From IMG/VR virus record IMGVR_UViG_3300030433_001675, positions 1 to 39,504 of that record: a stretch of DNA of 39,504 bases; one strand, given 5' to 3'. The notes beneath the pieces are model-generated. The model was not told where the DNA came from and did not search any database. It saw nothing but the letters and a program-made list of their open reading frames with translations. Shown here piece by piece: positions 25,460 through 33,244 of the stretch. Positions within the stretch are counted from its first letter, which is position 1. Each line of letters starts with the position of its first letter. The DNA comes from a virus (taxonomy: Duplodnaviria > Caudoviricetes). Position numbers and translations under genes: made by a program.

Positions 25460-25815
25460 AATTTCAAATCCTTCAGGTTGATTCCAAATACCAGCGTTGC
25501 CACCCCCACTGTCCCGATGATCAGCACCAGGGTCCACAGGTAGGTCAAGGCTTCCGCAAGCAATACATTCAGGACAATAAGTCCAACACCAGTCAGCAGA
25601 GGTATCCACCCCTTCACTCCCCGGCTGATAAAGAGCAGGACCGCCCCACTCATCAGACACAAACCCCCCGCCCAGCGGAACGGCTCCAGAGCTGCTATCG
25701 CTGGGTCGGTGGCTGCTTCTGGGCTCTGCCCCAGTTGGGGCAACGTAAAACCCAAGCCACCACCTCCAGTGGTCTGGCAACCGAGAAGCAAGAGTGTCCA
25801 CCAGTAGCGGGTCAT
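25345..25815 (-). CDS. membrane lipoprotein-like protein with three hydrophobic segments (possible lysis function)
   Basis: Lipobox-like LLLG-C at residue 13; three TM-like stretches; ATGA overlap with the upstream gene. Confidence 0.6.
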   Translation of the reverse strand: MTRYWWTLLLLGCQTTGGGGLGFTLPQLGQSPEAATDPAIAALEPFRWAGGLCLMSGAVLLFISRGVKGWIPLLTGVGLIVLNVLLAEALTYLWTLVLIIGTVGVATLVFGINLKDLKLCRIRSLMFLPPCSSCPGPSSPECGLGDPSSIGSKPKS

Positions 25816-26009
25816 TTCTCTGTCTTTCCTTCTAACCGTGCAATACGCTGCTCTACGCTTTGGGTTCGTGTTTCAAGCAATCTTACAGCCTGATCGAGTC
25901 GATCAACAGCATGTCGCAAAGATTCGATAGCAGCCTTGACTTGGGCCGCACCGAAGATGATGCCGATCAGAATGGAGGCTGGTGTAGCCCATGCGTCGAG
26001 AGTTTCCAT
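25812..26009 (-). CDS. small TM plus coiled-coil protein (holin/XhlA-like)
   Basis: Hydrophobic ASILIGIIFGAA followed by a heptad pattern ending RIARLEG; coupled at both ends. Confidence 0.6.
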   Translation of the reverse strand: METLDAWATPASILIGIIFGAAQVKAAIESLRHAVDRLDQAVRLLETRTQSVEQRIARLEGKTEK

Positions 26010-26365
26010 CACTTCTTCTTCTTTGCTTTTGTGTTTGCACGATTGATCTTGCGATCCAATTTTCTTCCAATTTTGGCAGACTTCTTTTTAGAAGCTTTTA
26101 CTGCCTTCTCCACGGTCTTGAACTCCCTGCTCATTTCACCCCGCCTGCGAGCAACACGCTTTGCCTGTTTCTCAGATTTGAAGTCTTCACCAGTCTTAGT
26201 GTTGAATGAGGGGACGTTGACGAACTTCTTTCCAGAACGAACTGTGATGCCCCTTCTTGTCTCATATTCGCCGCGCTGGTTGATATAGACCCTTCGCCCA
26301 CCCACCTTGTAAGGAGTGGAGCGTCTCACCGGTTTTTCATATGGGTTTCTATCTTGATACTTCAT
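26009..26365 (-). CDS. highly basic hypothetical protein (118 aa)
   Basis: K/R-rich; ATGA and TGATG coupling. Confidence 0.7.
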   Translation of the reverse strand: MKYQDRNPYEKPVRRSTPYKVGGRRVYINQRGEYETRRGITVRSGKKFVNVPSFNTKTGEDFKSEKQAKRVARRRGEMSREFKTVEKAVKASKKKSAKIGRKLDRKINRANTKAKKKK

Positions 26366-26610
26366 TTCTTTTTCTTTCTTCGCCGGCCACTAGCGGTGAC
26401 GGCGTACTCCACACGAGAGGGTCCGGTCTTGCGAGCAGCAGCTGAACGCTTCTCAGATGCCGTCATCTTGGCCGCGACCTTGGCTGGCCGGCACGCTGGG
26501 TAAGGACGCTTGCCCTTTTCTTTGCCCGAACGTCCGCATTTCTTGCCGGTCTTGATATCCCGCCAATCTTCCTTGAACCACTTTGTCAATCCGCCTTGGG
26601 GCTTAGCCAT
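26362..26610 (-). CDS. basic phage protein (GLTKWFKEDW...CGR...YPACRP; DUF5872-like as recalled)
   Basis: Motif familiar from aquatic phage genomes; coupled at both ends. Confidence 0.75.
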   Translation of the reverse strand: MAKPQGGLTKWFKEDWRDIKTGKKCGRSGKEKGKRPYPACRPAKVAAKMTASEKRSAAARKTGPSRVEYAVTASGRRRKKKK

Positions 26611-27215
26611 CAGACTCTCCTCCTGCCTGTAAAGAAACAGCTAAATGTCACAAGTGGCAAGATCCCAGCCTCAGGAATGGTCGTATACTCAGCTCCCCAA
26701 ATATCAGGAAAAAGGAGCAGGTCTTGACTATCTTCGGTTGTGATCCAAATTGGGACGTCTCCAGTGACGTCGTATTCTTGGAAGGTTATGACAGAGCTTT
26801 CGTAGGAATCGGAGACCAACACGGAGGCGTCGGGCAGGTAGCTACCTACAGGGTAAGCCTGATTGTCGAAGAGATTATGAGTAGGGATGCCTGCACCTTC
26901 GACGAGGCGTGGGAGTTCTTCAGTTACAACATCGCTTGCCTGTGCTTCGGGGCTAAGACTCCCATCCTGATCAATGACGTCCAAGCCCTGGGCGAGGTTG
27001 CCTCCGGGTGTCTCTCGCATGGATGTGATTGCCCCGAGTGACGAGGACAACCCAAGGGCATAGTCCAAAGTCTCTTTGCCGGCGAGCGTAGAAACAACAG
27101 TAAGAGCCAACGTCAAACGCTGGTTCTTGACGCTGATCTCTTTGCATCGGCCCTCACAATCAGAGAGCTTCTGCAATTCTTCAGCCTGTCGCTTCTCGCA
27201 CGCTGGACAAGTCAT
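26610..27215 (-). CDS. putative surface/membrane protein with a PEP-CTERM-like C-terminal sorting signal (201 aa)
   Basis: Ends IPEAG-ILPLVTFSCFFTG-RRRV; start MTCPAC overlaps the upstream stop (ATGA 27212-27215) and the stop overlaps the downstream start (TGATG). Confidence 0.65.
   Translation of the reverse strand: MTCPACEKRQAEELQKLSDCEGRCKEISVKNQRLTLALTVVSTLAGKETLDYALGLSSSLGAITSMRETPGGNLAQGLDVIDQDGSLSPEAQASDVVTEELPRLVEGAGIPTHNLFDNQAYPVGSYLPDASVLVSDSYESSVITFQEYDVTGDVPIWITTEDSQDLLLFPDIWGAEYTTIPEAGILPLVTFSCFFTGRRRV
26724..27041 (+). CDS. conserved phage hypothetical protein nested antisense inside the PEP-CTERM-like gene
   Basis: AAGGAG (26712-26717) lies 6 nt before TTG; LEGYDRAFVG...ATY....IVEEIM.RD..TFDEAWEFFSYNI....FG.KTPI matches a phage family I recall (DGFD.A.IG...Y...EEA.E.F..N....G..TP). 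Confidence 0.6.
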   Translation: MTIFGCDPNWDVSSDVVFLEGYDRAFVGIGDQHGGVGQVATYRVSLIVEEIMSRDACTFDEAWEFFSYNIACLCFGAKTPILINDVQALGEVASGCLSHGCDCPE

Positions 27216-27388
27216 GCTCGGTATCCGCCACCACGCTTCTTGTATGTGCGAACCAGCCACGCATTTGCATACGCAGATGGGTACACATCAAACTTACGCT
27301 TGGCCTCCGCCTTCACCCGGCTGTACAAAGCTGGGTTAGTGGGCTTCGGCCCCGACTTCTTTTTGGCTTTTGCTTTTGGCTTTGCCAT
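27212..27388 (-). CDS. basic 58-aa phage protein (PTNPALYSRVKAEAKRKF.VYPSAYANAWLV..YKKRGGGY; DUF5872-like); below the ORF-track cutoff
   Basis: Translated by hand; TAATG coupling upstream and ATGA coupling downstream; recognisable motif. Confidence 0.8.
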   Translation of the reverse strand: MAKPKAKAKKKSGPKPTNPALYSRVKAEAKRKFDVYPSAYANAWLVRTYKKRGGGYRA

Positions 27389-27570
27389 TACTTCTTCTTC
27401 TTCCCTTTTGTCACACTCCTGAAAGTGTTCTTCTTGGGCTTTGCAAGAACTCTTGGCTTGTCTGCTTTGGTGCTCTTACCGCGTCTGAGTGACCGCAAAG
27501 CTTTGCCAAAGTTTTCTCTTTGGACGCGATCTCTGGTTTTCTTGCCCATTACTTTTTTCTTGCCACGCAT
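27388..27570 (-). CDS. very basic 60-aa protein
   Basis: TAATG coupling at both ends; K/R-rich. Confidence 0.65.
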   Translation of the reverse strand: MRGKKKVMGKKTRDRVQRENFGKALRSLRRGKSTKADKPRVLAKPKKNTFRSVTKGKKKK

Positions 27571-28091
27571 TACGAACCTCGTCTTTCTTTGACGTATTGC
27601 AAAAATTCAGGCCCTAGCTTGTCGTAGTAGCCTGTTCTTTCAAGAACCTCGGAGACCCGATTGACATGGGTCAGCCGTTGTACAAACACCAACGAGTACG
27701 CCTCGTCAAGTAATTTGCCCCAGTGGTCGGGTTCTAGGTCTGGATCGTCTGGATCTTCGTTGCCAGCGATAAAAGGCATCAGGACTAGGTCCCGTTTGTC
27801 CTCCAGCAGTTCTTTGTTGATGTGATTGCACCATTCCTCTAAGCCACCAGACTGATGCTCACGGACGACAAACAAGACAACTTCGTGCTCGTCGTCCCAT
27901 GAGTTAACGATGTCAATGAGCTCTGCTTCACCGCCCAGAACAACCTTGCTCTTGTCTTTGGCCCAAGCCTCAGCGGCAAACGGGCATGGCTTCATCCCGC
28001 TGTAGTGATCGTTGGGTACGTCGAGATAGTTCAAGACCCAGTTCTGGATCTCTTTGGTGACGTTCTCAAGATTGAACTGAGCAGTTGTCAT
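27570..28091 (-). CDS. hypothetical protein with a PCPFA motif (DUF1415-like N-terminus)
   Basis: W...Y........PCPFA..AW pattern; coupled at both ends. Confidence 0.65.
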   Translation of the reverse strand: MTTAQFNLENVTKEIQNWVLNYLDVPNDHYSGMKPCPFAAEAWAKDKSKVVLGGEAELIDIVNSWDDEHEVVLFVVREHQSGGLEEWCNHINKELLEDKRDLVLMPFIAGNEDPDDPDLEPDHWGKLLDEAYSLVFVQRLTHVNRVSEVLERTGYYDKLGPEFLQYVKERRGS

Positions 28092-28924
28092 ACAACACCC
28101 GCCAACGTGTCTGAGACGACAGGGCCTGAAATATCAAGAACCAATTCACCTATCAAGTCCTGGTTGTGTACTCCATGCACACCAGTGGCCGCAACGAACT
28201 CTTTGTATTCGTGCGTACTCGGGAGAGTGTCAAGCCCATACTTGTCATCGAGATACGATTCTATCTTGACGCGCTCCGACTCCAGAAGAGTCCCGCCTCC
28301 CACAAGTATTTCTCCAATGTCACCATTAAGTGAGTTGCCACCCACAGCCGCTGCTCCGACATCAAACACATTGAAATTATTAATATTGGCAGTGTTGGTT
28401 GTGCCGGTCGTATCAGTTGCAGCCGCGTTGTAAAACCCATTGCAGGTAGATGAGACACGACTCGCTGTGGTCATGAAGAAATCTGTTCTAGTCCAGTTGC
28501 CAGAATTCATCGAAGGAATGTTGGTTTGACTACCAAGTCGGAAAGCAAGGGCTCCTGCCTTGGTAGAACTCAGTCCGAACGCTGAGGGCCCCTTCTCAAA
28601 AAGGAAAGACGCGCCGCCTGTGTTTGTCATTTTGCCTACTGTGGCAAACCAAATATCGCCTGTTCCTACGTTGAGATCAGAGACGACTCCGTCAGACAGA
28701 ATATCGTTGGTCCCGTCAAACCGAACGACTGGCTTCCCGTTTAACTCGTTGGTTTGTAAAGTTGGTTGTCTTAAAGCCGTGCCTTGCGTCACATTTTGAG
28801 GAGTCGCTTGGTTGGTCCACGATGAAACAGAATCACCATCCGACAGGGCTGCAAGATCGCTGCTGTCTGCCTTGAACCACATGGTCAAGGTAGAGGTCAA
28901 GTTGGATGGGTTCCACTTAGCCAT
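28088..28924 (-). CDS. LamG/concanavalin A-like virion-associated protein
   Basis: WFKAD, SWTNQ, QPTL, NGKPVVRFDG.ND, GDIGEILV and IESYL..KYG motifs. Confidence 0.75.
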   Translation of the reverse strand: MAKWNPSNLTSTLTMWFKADSSDLAALSDGDSVSSWTNQATPQNVTQGTALRQPTLQTNELNGKPVVRFDGTNDILSDGVVSDLNVGTGDIWFATVGKMTNTGGASFLFEKGPSAFGLSSTKAGALAFRLGSQTNIPSMNSGNWTRTDFFMTTASRVSSTCNGFYNAAATDTTGTTNTANINNFNVFDVGAAAVGGNSLNGDIGEILVGGGTLLESERVKIESYLDDKYGLDTLPSTHEYKEFVAATGVHGVHNQDLIGELVLDISGPVVSDTLAGVV

Positions 28925-28926
28925 GA

Positions 28927-29247
28927 TTAGTCCGAGATGATGTCAACCTTCATGACCGTGTTCGTACCAACACTGGTGGCCGTAGCCTTCATGTGAGGAG
29001 CCAAGGCAATCGTGAATGCGGCCATGTCGTTGGTCATGTCTGACGCGGTCACCGATTTGATGGTGTAGAAGTTTGTGCCATCCGAGCTCCCGAACACTGT
29101 GAGTGTCGCAGTGCTGGTTGCGATCTTGAACACCGCAACTCCGGTGATACTAGGGCCGTCACCTTGGCTGTATTTGTCTTGTAGTTTTACGGCACTCGGG
29201 GTGACATCGTCACTACTGGTGGCGTCTAAAAGGCTATGTACTCTCAT
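28927..29247 (-). CDS. small beta-rich (jelly-roll-like) probable virion protein
   Basis: LTVFGSSDGTNFY pattern; ATGA overlap. Confidence 0.65.
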   Translation of the reverse strand: MRVHSLLDATSSDDVTPSAVKLQDKYSQGDGPSITGVAVFKIATSTATLTVFGSSDGTNFYTIKSVTASDMTNDMAAFTIALAPHMKATATSVGTNTVMKVDIISD

Positions 29248-29414
29248 TCGTCATCATCCTCGTCTTTGGGAAACTCGTCGTCTTTGAATAGGTAGTCGAT
29301 TGCCATTTCTTGCAGCACACCTGCAACCACCCATTTGTTCATGTCAAACTCAATCGCGTAGTTCTCAACCTGACGCTCCAAAGTTTGCTTGAGATGTTGT
29401 GCTGCATTCAACAT
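29244..29414 (-). CDS. small acidic-tailed hypothetical protein (56 aa)
   Basis: GAGG upstream of MLNAAQ; it is the 3' part of ORF-track 29244..30107, whose remainder is a frame shadow of the phosphoesterase. Confidence 0.6.
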   Translation of the reverse strand: MLNAAQHLKQTLERQVENYAIEFDMNKWVVAGVLQEMAIDYLFKDDEFPKDEDDDE

Positions 29415-30181
29415 TTCATCGTCCTCAACTCGGCCTCCCATTCCTTCGCATTCAATCGCGAAGCTGTCTCCATCCTCGCTTCGATAATCGCCATGCCCGT
29501 CCCCCAGTTGTTCGTGTCCTTCCGAGTCATGTAGTCCGGTTTCAGGGGTCCACACGTCCCAACATTCATATACCACCAAGGCAGGGAAACCTTCCTGGTT
29601 CTCATCATCTGGGTGGGATGGACCGGTCGATGTGTGTGACCCCTCACAAAAAGGCGGTACGGGTGGCATCCCGTCGAGTTGTTCATCTGCAAGCCTTCGA
29701 GTTCGTCCGATGTCAATCCGCAATCGAACCCGTGGTAGAACACGATCTGGCCCACCTTGTAGCAGCCCTTCGAGGACTTGATGTAGGGACGCCAGTGCCA
29801 CTGCCTGAACTCGCTGGCGAACTCCGTATTCATCCAGTCGCACGCCTCCCTCAAACCCATGGGTATACGCCTTGGGTCCGCTCTCTTGATGTTGTCGTCG
29901 TGGTTCCCCTCGCAAATGATCAGCCGGCAACCCGTTGGCAGAGCCTCTCGAATACTCTTCAAGAAGGCTGCGGCATGCCGATACTCGTCCATCAAAGTAT
30001 GATCGCTTTCGTCGGGATGCACGGAGGCTGCGGCGGCGTCGAACACGTCGCCACAATGCACGAAGTGAGTGAGACCCGGAGTATTTGTTATCGTTTCCAA
30101 TATCCATTGATGCGTCTCACTTGGGGTGTGTGGGGAGTGGGTGCAAGAAATAGCAGCAATTTTCGCAACCTCATGGCCCAT
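29408..30181 (-). CDS. calcineurin-like metallophosphoesterase
   Basis: Motifs ISCTH (usually SDxH), GDVFD, GNHD, YHG and GHTH; GGAG upstream of ATG 30181. Confidence 0.85.
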   Translation of the reverse strand: MGHEVAKIAAISCTHSPHTPSETHQWILETITNTPGLTHFVHCGDVFDAAAASVHPDESDHTLMDEYRHAAAFLKSIREALPTGCRLIICEGNHDDNIKRADPRRIPMGLREACDWMNTEFASEFRQWHWRPYIKSSKGCYKVGQIVFYHGFDCGLTSDELEGLQMNNSTGCHPYRLFVRGHTHRPVHPTQMMRTRKVSLPWWYMNVGTCGPLKPDYMTRKDTNNWGTGMAIIEARMETASRLNAKEWEAELRTMKC

Positions 30182-30182
30182 T

Positions 30183-30473
30183 TCAACATCTCCATCTCCG
30201 TCGAGCTGCACAGATTCTCTTCTTCGGAGTCTTGGAGCAGTTGATGCCGTGCATCTTCATCTGACCAGCGGAACGCGAGCAGTACGACTTACGTCGCTTT
30301 GCACGGGCTCCAGTGGGCTTACGTTCGGTTACGGCAGTCTTGAGTTTCGACCCAGGGTTGCGACGACGGTATTCCGCAACTCCCTTCTTGGTCATACCCG
30401 CACCCTTGGCCGTGGGTCTCTTATGACCGCTACGGACACTCATGCCTTTCATGCCAGTCTTTCGGTTAGCCAT
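30183..30473 (-). CDS. basic phage protein (DUF6321-like as recalled)
   Basis: GAGMT.KGV..YRR.NPGSKLKTAV, RRKSYC.RS.G and RRRWRC motifs. Confidence 0.75.
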   Translation of the reverse strand: MANRKTGMKGMSVRSGHKRPTAKGAGMTKKGVAEYRRRNPGSKLKTAVTERKPTGARAKRRKSYCSRSAGQMKMHGINCSKTPKKRICAARRRWRC

Positions 30474-31261
30474 TAGGGATTAGGGATATTGCCGTTGGGA
30501 AAGAATTGTAAGTTCTGATATGACGATCTTCCCCGAACCGCCAACGGCAACGGCCCGTAGTTGGGGACAGTTGTCCCGTCACGTCTCAACGCTTGGTCAT
30601 AGATTGGCCCCGCCTCGATTACGGCCACACGTTGGTTGGTGTCGCCGTTCTCTCCGCCTTCAGCAAAAGCACGGATGTATTCGAGGAACAAAGCAGTCGC
30701 GGACTCGTCAACCGGCAGCTCGAAAGCTAAACCACTGGCTGATGTGGCAACGTCTGTCGAGCGTACGGTAGGAAAGTTGCGGCGATATTTGATGCCAATC
30801 ACATTTGACTCGGTGCTGGATGGCGTTGGGTAGACCTCCAGCCGCAAGTCCTTCATGGTGTCTGTGCCGAATGAAGCATCCTCACGAGTTGCTGTGATGT
30901 AGAACAGGCCCTCGGTGATGTTTAGATTGCGAGCCTCGAACTCTGCAAACTTCTCTGGTGAGACAAAGATGAACTCACGGAAGTTGTTGTTGATGGCGAA
31001 AACCTTGATGATCGTGCCGGACAGAACCTCGCTCAGTGTCGAGTCCGCCGGCAATGTCACATGCTTCTGGTCTGCGGTGAAGTCCAGAGTCAGATCAGAA
31101 GATCGCTCACGCCAGGTCCAGTTGTGGTGAAACAACTGTTGACCAGCCGAGTTGATGATCTCAGCAATACGCTCGTCCACCGTGAGGCCAGTGGCCGATG
31201 AGGGATCGCCACCGCAAGCGAGGAGTACGGCAGCTTTTGCACGTTGTACGGTAATCGGCAT
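30473..31261 (-). CDS. head-tail adaptor (P22 gp4 or T7 gp11-like)
   Basis: IN.A...L....W.W N-terminus and LEVYPTP motif; located after the capsid genes. Confidence 0.75.
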   Translation of the reverse strand: MPITVQRAKAAVLLACGGDPSSATGLTVDERIAEIINSAGQQLFHHNWTWRERSSDLTLDFTADQKHVTLPADSTLSEVLSGTIIKVFAINNNFREFIFVSPEKFAEFEARNLNITEGLFYITATREDASFGTDTMKDLRLEVYPTPSSTESNVIGIKYRRNFPTVRSTDVATSASGLAFELPVDESATALFLEYIRAFAEGGENGDTNQRVAVIEAGPIYDQALRRDGTTVPNYGPLPLAVRGRSSYQNLQFFPNGNIPNP

Positions 31262-31268
31262 GGGAAGA

Positions 31269-31296
31269 GGAGAAGGGGGCGGTAGCCCCCCTCTCC
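31269..31296 (-). terminator. GC-rich hairpin after the capsid/decoration genes (terminator or attenuator-like)
   Basis: + strand GGAGAAGGGGGC-GGTA-GCCCCCCTCTCC; followed on the - strand by only a short pyrimidine run, not a clean U-tract. Confidence 0.5.
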
Positions 31297-31314
31297 CGTG
31301 TGATCAAATGATCT

Positions 31315-31791
31315 TTACTCGTCAGTACCGGTGGCTGCGAAGCCAGTGATACCGTCGAACAAACAGGAAATAAGGTTGCCGTCAGAACCGCCACCTGCGG
31401 TGAGCGAAATGCCAACAATCTTACTAGCCAAGACATTGTCATCGGCTGGAACAGGATGAAGGTCCAAGTTGCCGTCGTGGTCACGGGACACACGAAGACG
31501 CTTCGACACAGCAGTCACTTCCGAATCCACTTGAACATCAACCACACCGCGAAGCACGATGCGACCTTTGTTACCAGCAGACACAGCCTCTTTGGCAACG
31601 CCAAAAAGACCGGTTCCGTCTTCACCTGGGTTGTCCGAAGCATCAGACAATTCGCAGGCAGAGAACTTGCCGCTTGCCAAGACCAGACGAACGACATCGC
31701 CTTTGGACACAGCTTCGTTGCAAGTGATGACTACAGATTCTTGAGCGAAGGCAATAGCGCCGTCGCCACCTTGTGTTGCAATTTTTACCAT
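31315..31791 (-). CDS. capsid decoration/cement protein (DUF2190-like)
   Basis: AVSKGDVV and GVAKEAVSAG..G.IV..GVV motifs; directly after the major capsid gene; GAGG SD. Confidence 0.65.
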   Translation of the reverse strand: MVKIATQGGDGAIAFAQESVVITCNEAVSKGDVVRLVLASGKFSACELSDASDNPGEDGTGLFGVAKEAVSAGNKGRIVLRGVVDVQVDSEVTAVSKRLRVSRDHDGNLDLHPVPADDNVLASKIVGISLTAGGGSDGNLISCLFDGITGFAATGTDE

Positions 31792-31812
31792 GGGAACAGA
31801 TCCTCTCTAGGT

Positions 31813-33201
31813 TTAGGCAGTCACATCGGTAACGTGTGGGGCGATGATGCCGTGACGTTGACGTGAGTTTGCGATGACGTTGTACCAGCTGTCCGTGATT
31901 TGGACGTAGGTAAACGGTTGATTTGGGTGACGCATGACCTCGTGCTTCTCCATGTACCGGTTGGAGTGGAGAACAGGGGTGAGGTAATCACCGTTGATGA
32001 AGTAGAACCGAGCACCGTGCATGATCGTGTTCGCACCAAACTCAGTACCACCAGCGGCGGTGTCCAGGGTTTCACCTTGGAGCTCTGAGATTTGCTGTTG
32101 AGCACTCACATCGGCGGCTGCTTTCGGGTGAATAGCAGCGTTGTCGAGCTCGGAGACGTAGGTCAAAGGCACACCAGAGTAGGTGGGCTGGTTGTAACCG
32201 GCGTCTTGAGCAGTCACAGTCCGGTCGTTTTCGGATCGCAAAGCGGCCTTGTAAAGGTTGATACCTTCACGCGAGCACAGAATCTTCTGACGGTTGAACT
32301 GGATGTTCTCGAAGTAAGCCTCAAAGGTTGGAGGCGGACGGAACTGAAGCCGCAAGTACATCTCGTCGAATGCACCCAAGAGGCTATACACGTTGATTGC
32401 AGCGAAGTCGTTGATAGGCATCGTGCCACCGCTGGTAGCGTTAACGACATTCTTGGAACCGTTGAACGAACGGGTTCCTCCACCGGTGAACGTACCGTCT
32501 GCCCCAATGCCGTAGGCGTTGGTTGAGTCGTAGAACACGACTTCGTTGGTCCAACGTTGTCCAGTTCCAGTGGTTGACGGCGCGATACCGAGAACAGTGG
32601 TGTCTGAACCGCTGATGACTGGCAAACCACCACGGAGACCGGCAGCGCCGCCACCGTCAAGGGTGGTTTGGATGCACTTCTCAGTGATCAAAGCTGGGAT
32701 CGAGTAAGGCTGCTTACCAGACTCACCTTCCATCTCAGCAAAGTTGCCACCTTGGGTTGGCTTGAAGAGTGCCTCTTCCATACCGTTGACCATGGAGGTC
32801 ACCATTCGCTGTTCCTTGGAACGCTTCAGGTTCTTGTACATGGCCTTGGTAGCTTCTGCGGTGAGACCGGCTCCACCTTGCAGTTCGATTTCTGCGTCGG
32901 TGAAGGTCATGTGGTCCATCGAGAAACGCCAGTTGGCTTTCAGAGTGTCCATCACCTGAGGATTGCTGTAGGTGAAGGTCTCGTTGGGTTGATAGAATTG
33001 GAAAGACCGTGCGTCATCCATCATGAGGACGTCACGGATCTCGTTGCCACCTTGGATGGCTTGGTTCTTCTCTCGAATCAAATCACCGAAGAGGTAGTTA
33101 CGCTTAACTGCTTCGTTGATGAGAACGTCAGGTCCGGTGAGATAAACCGGGCCAGTCGCCTCCATGAAATCGAGGAAGTTCTTAATGTGGGTTCCTGCCA
33201 C
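31813..33201 (-). CDS. major capsid protein (HK97 fold, 462 aa)
   Basis: AAGGAG SD before GTG; follows portal and scaffold; GG.EIR, W, YSGVP, YFIN..Y and N.RQRHG pattern. Confidence 0.8.
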   Translation of the reverse strand: MAGTHIKNFLDFMEATGPVYLTGPDVLINEAVKRNYLFGDLIREKNQAIQGGNEIRDVLMMDDARSFQFYQPNETFTYSNPQVMDTLKANWRFSMDHMTFTDAEIELQGGAGLTAEATKAMYKNLKRSKEQRMVTSMVNGMEEALFKPTQGGNFAEMEGESGKQPYSIPALITEKCIQTTLDGGGAAGLRGGLPVISGSDTTVLGIAPSTTGTGQRWTNEVVFYDSTNAYGIGADGTFTGGGTRSFNGSKNVVNATSGGTMPINDFAAINVYSLLGAFDEMYLRLQFRPPPTFEAYFENIQFNRQKILCSREGINLYKAALRSENDRTVTAQDAGYNQPTYSGVPLTYVSELDNAAIHPKAAADVSAQQQISELQGETLDTAAGGTEFGANTIMHGARFYFINGDYLTPVLHSNRYMEKHEVMRHPNQPFTYVQITDSWYNVIANSRQRHGIIAPHVTDVTA

Positions 33202-33224
33202 GATAAAACTCCTTGAAAGGGACT

Positions 33225-33238
33225 AGCCCCTTGCGGGG
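33225..33238 (-). promoter_or_regulatory. GCAA-tetraloop hairpin in the major capsid leader
   Basis: - strand GCCCC-GCAA-GGGGC between the scaffold stop and the capsid SD. Confidence 0.4.
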
Positions 33239-33244
33239 CGGGAT

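Noticed and set aside
29399-30244. Long alternative ORFs over the phosphoesterase (29399..30244 + and the 5' part of 29244..30107 -)
   Set aside because: Arg/His-rich frame shadows; only the last 56 codons of the - ORF have an SD and protein-like composition.
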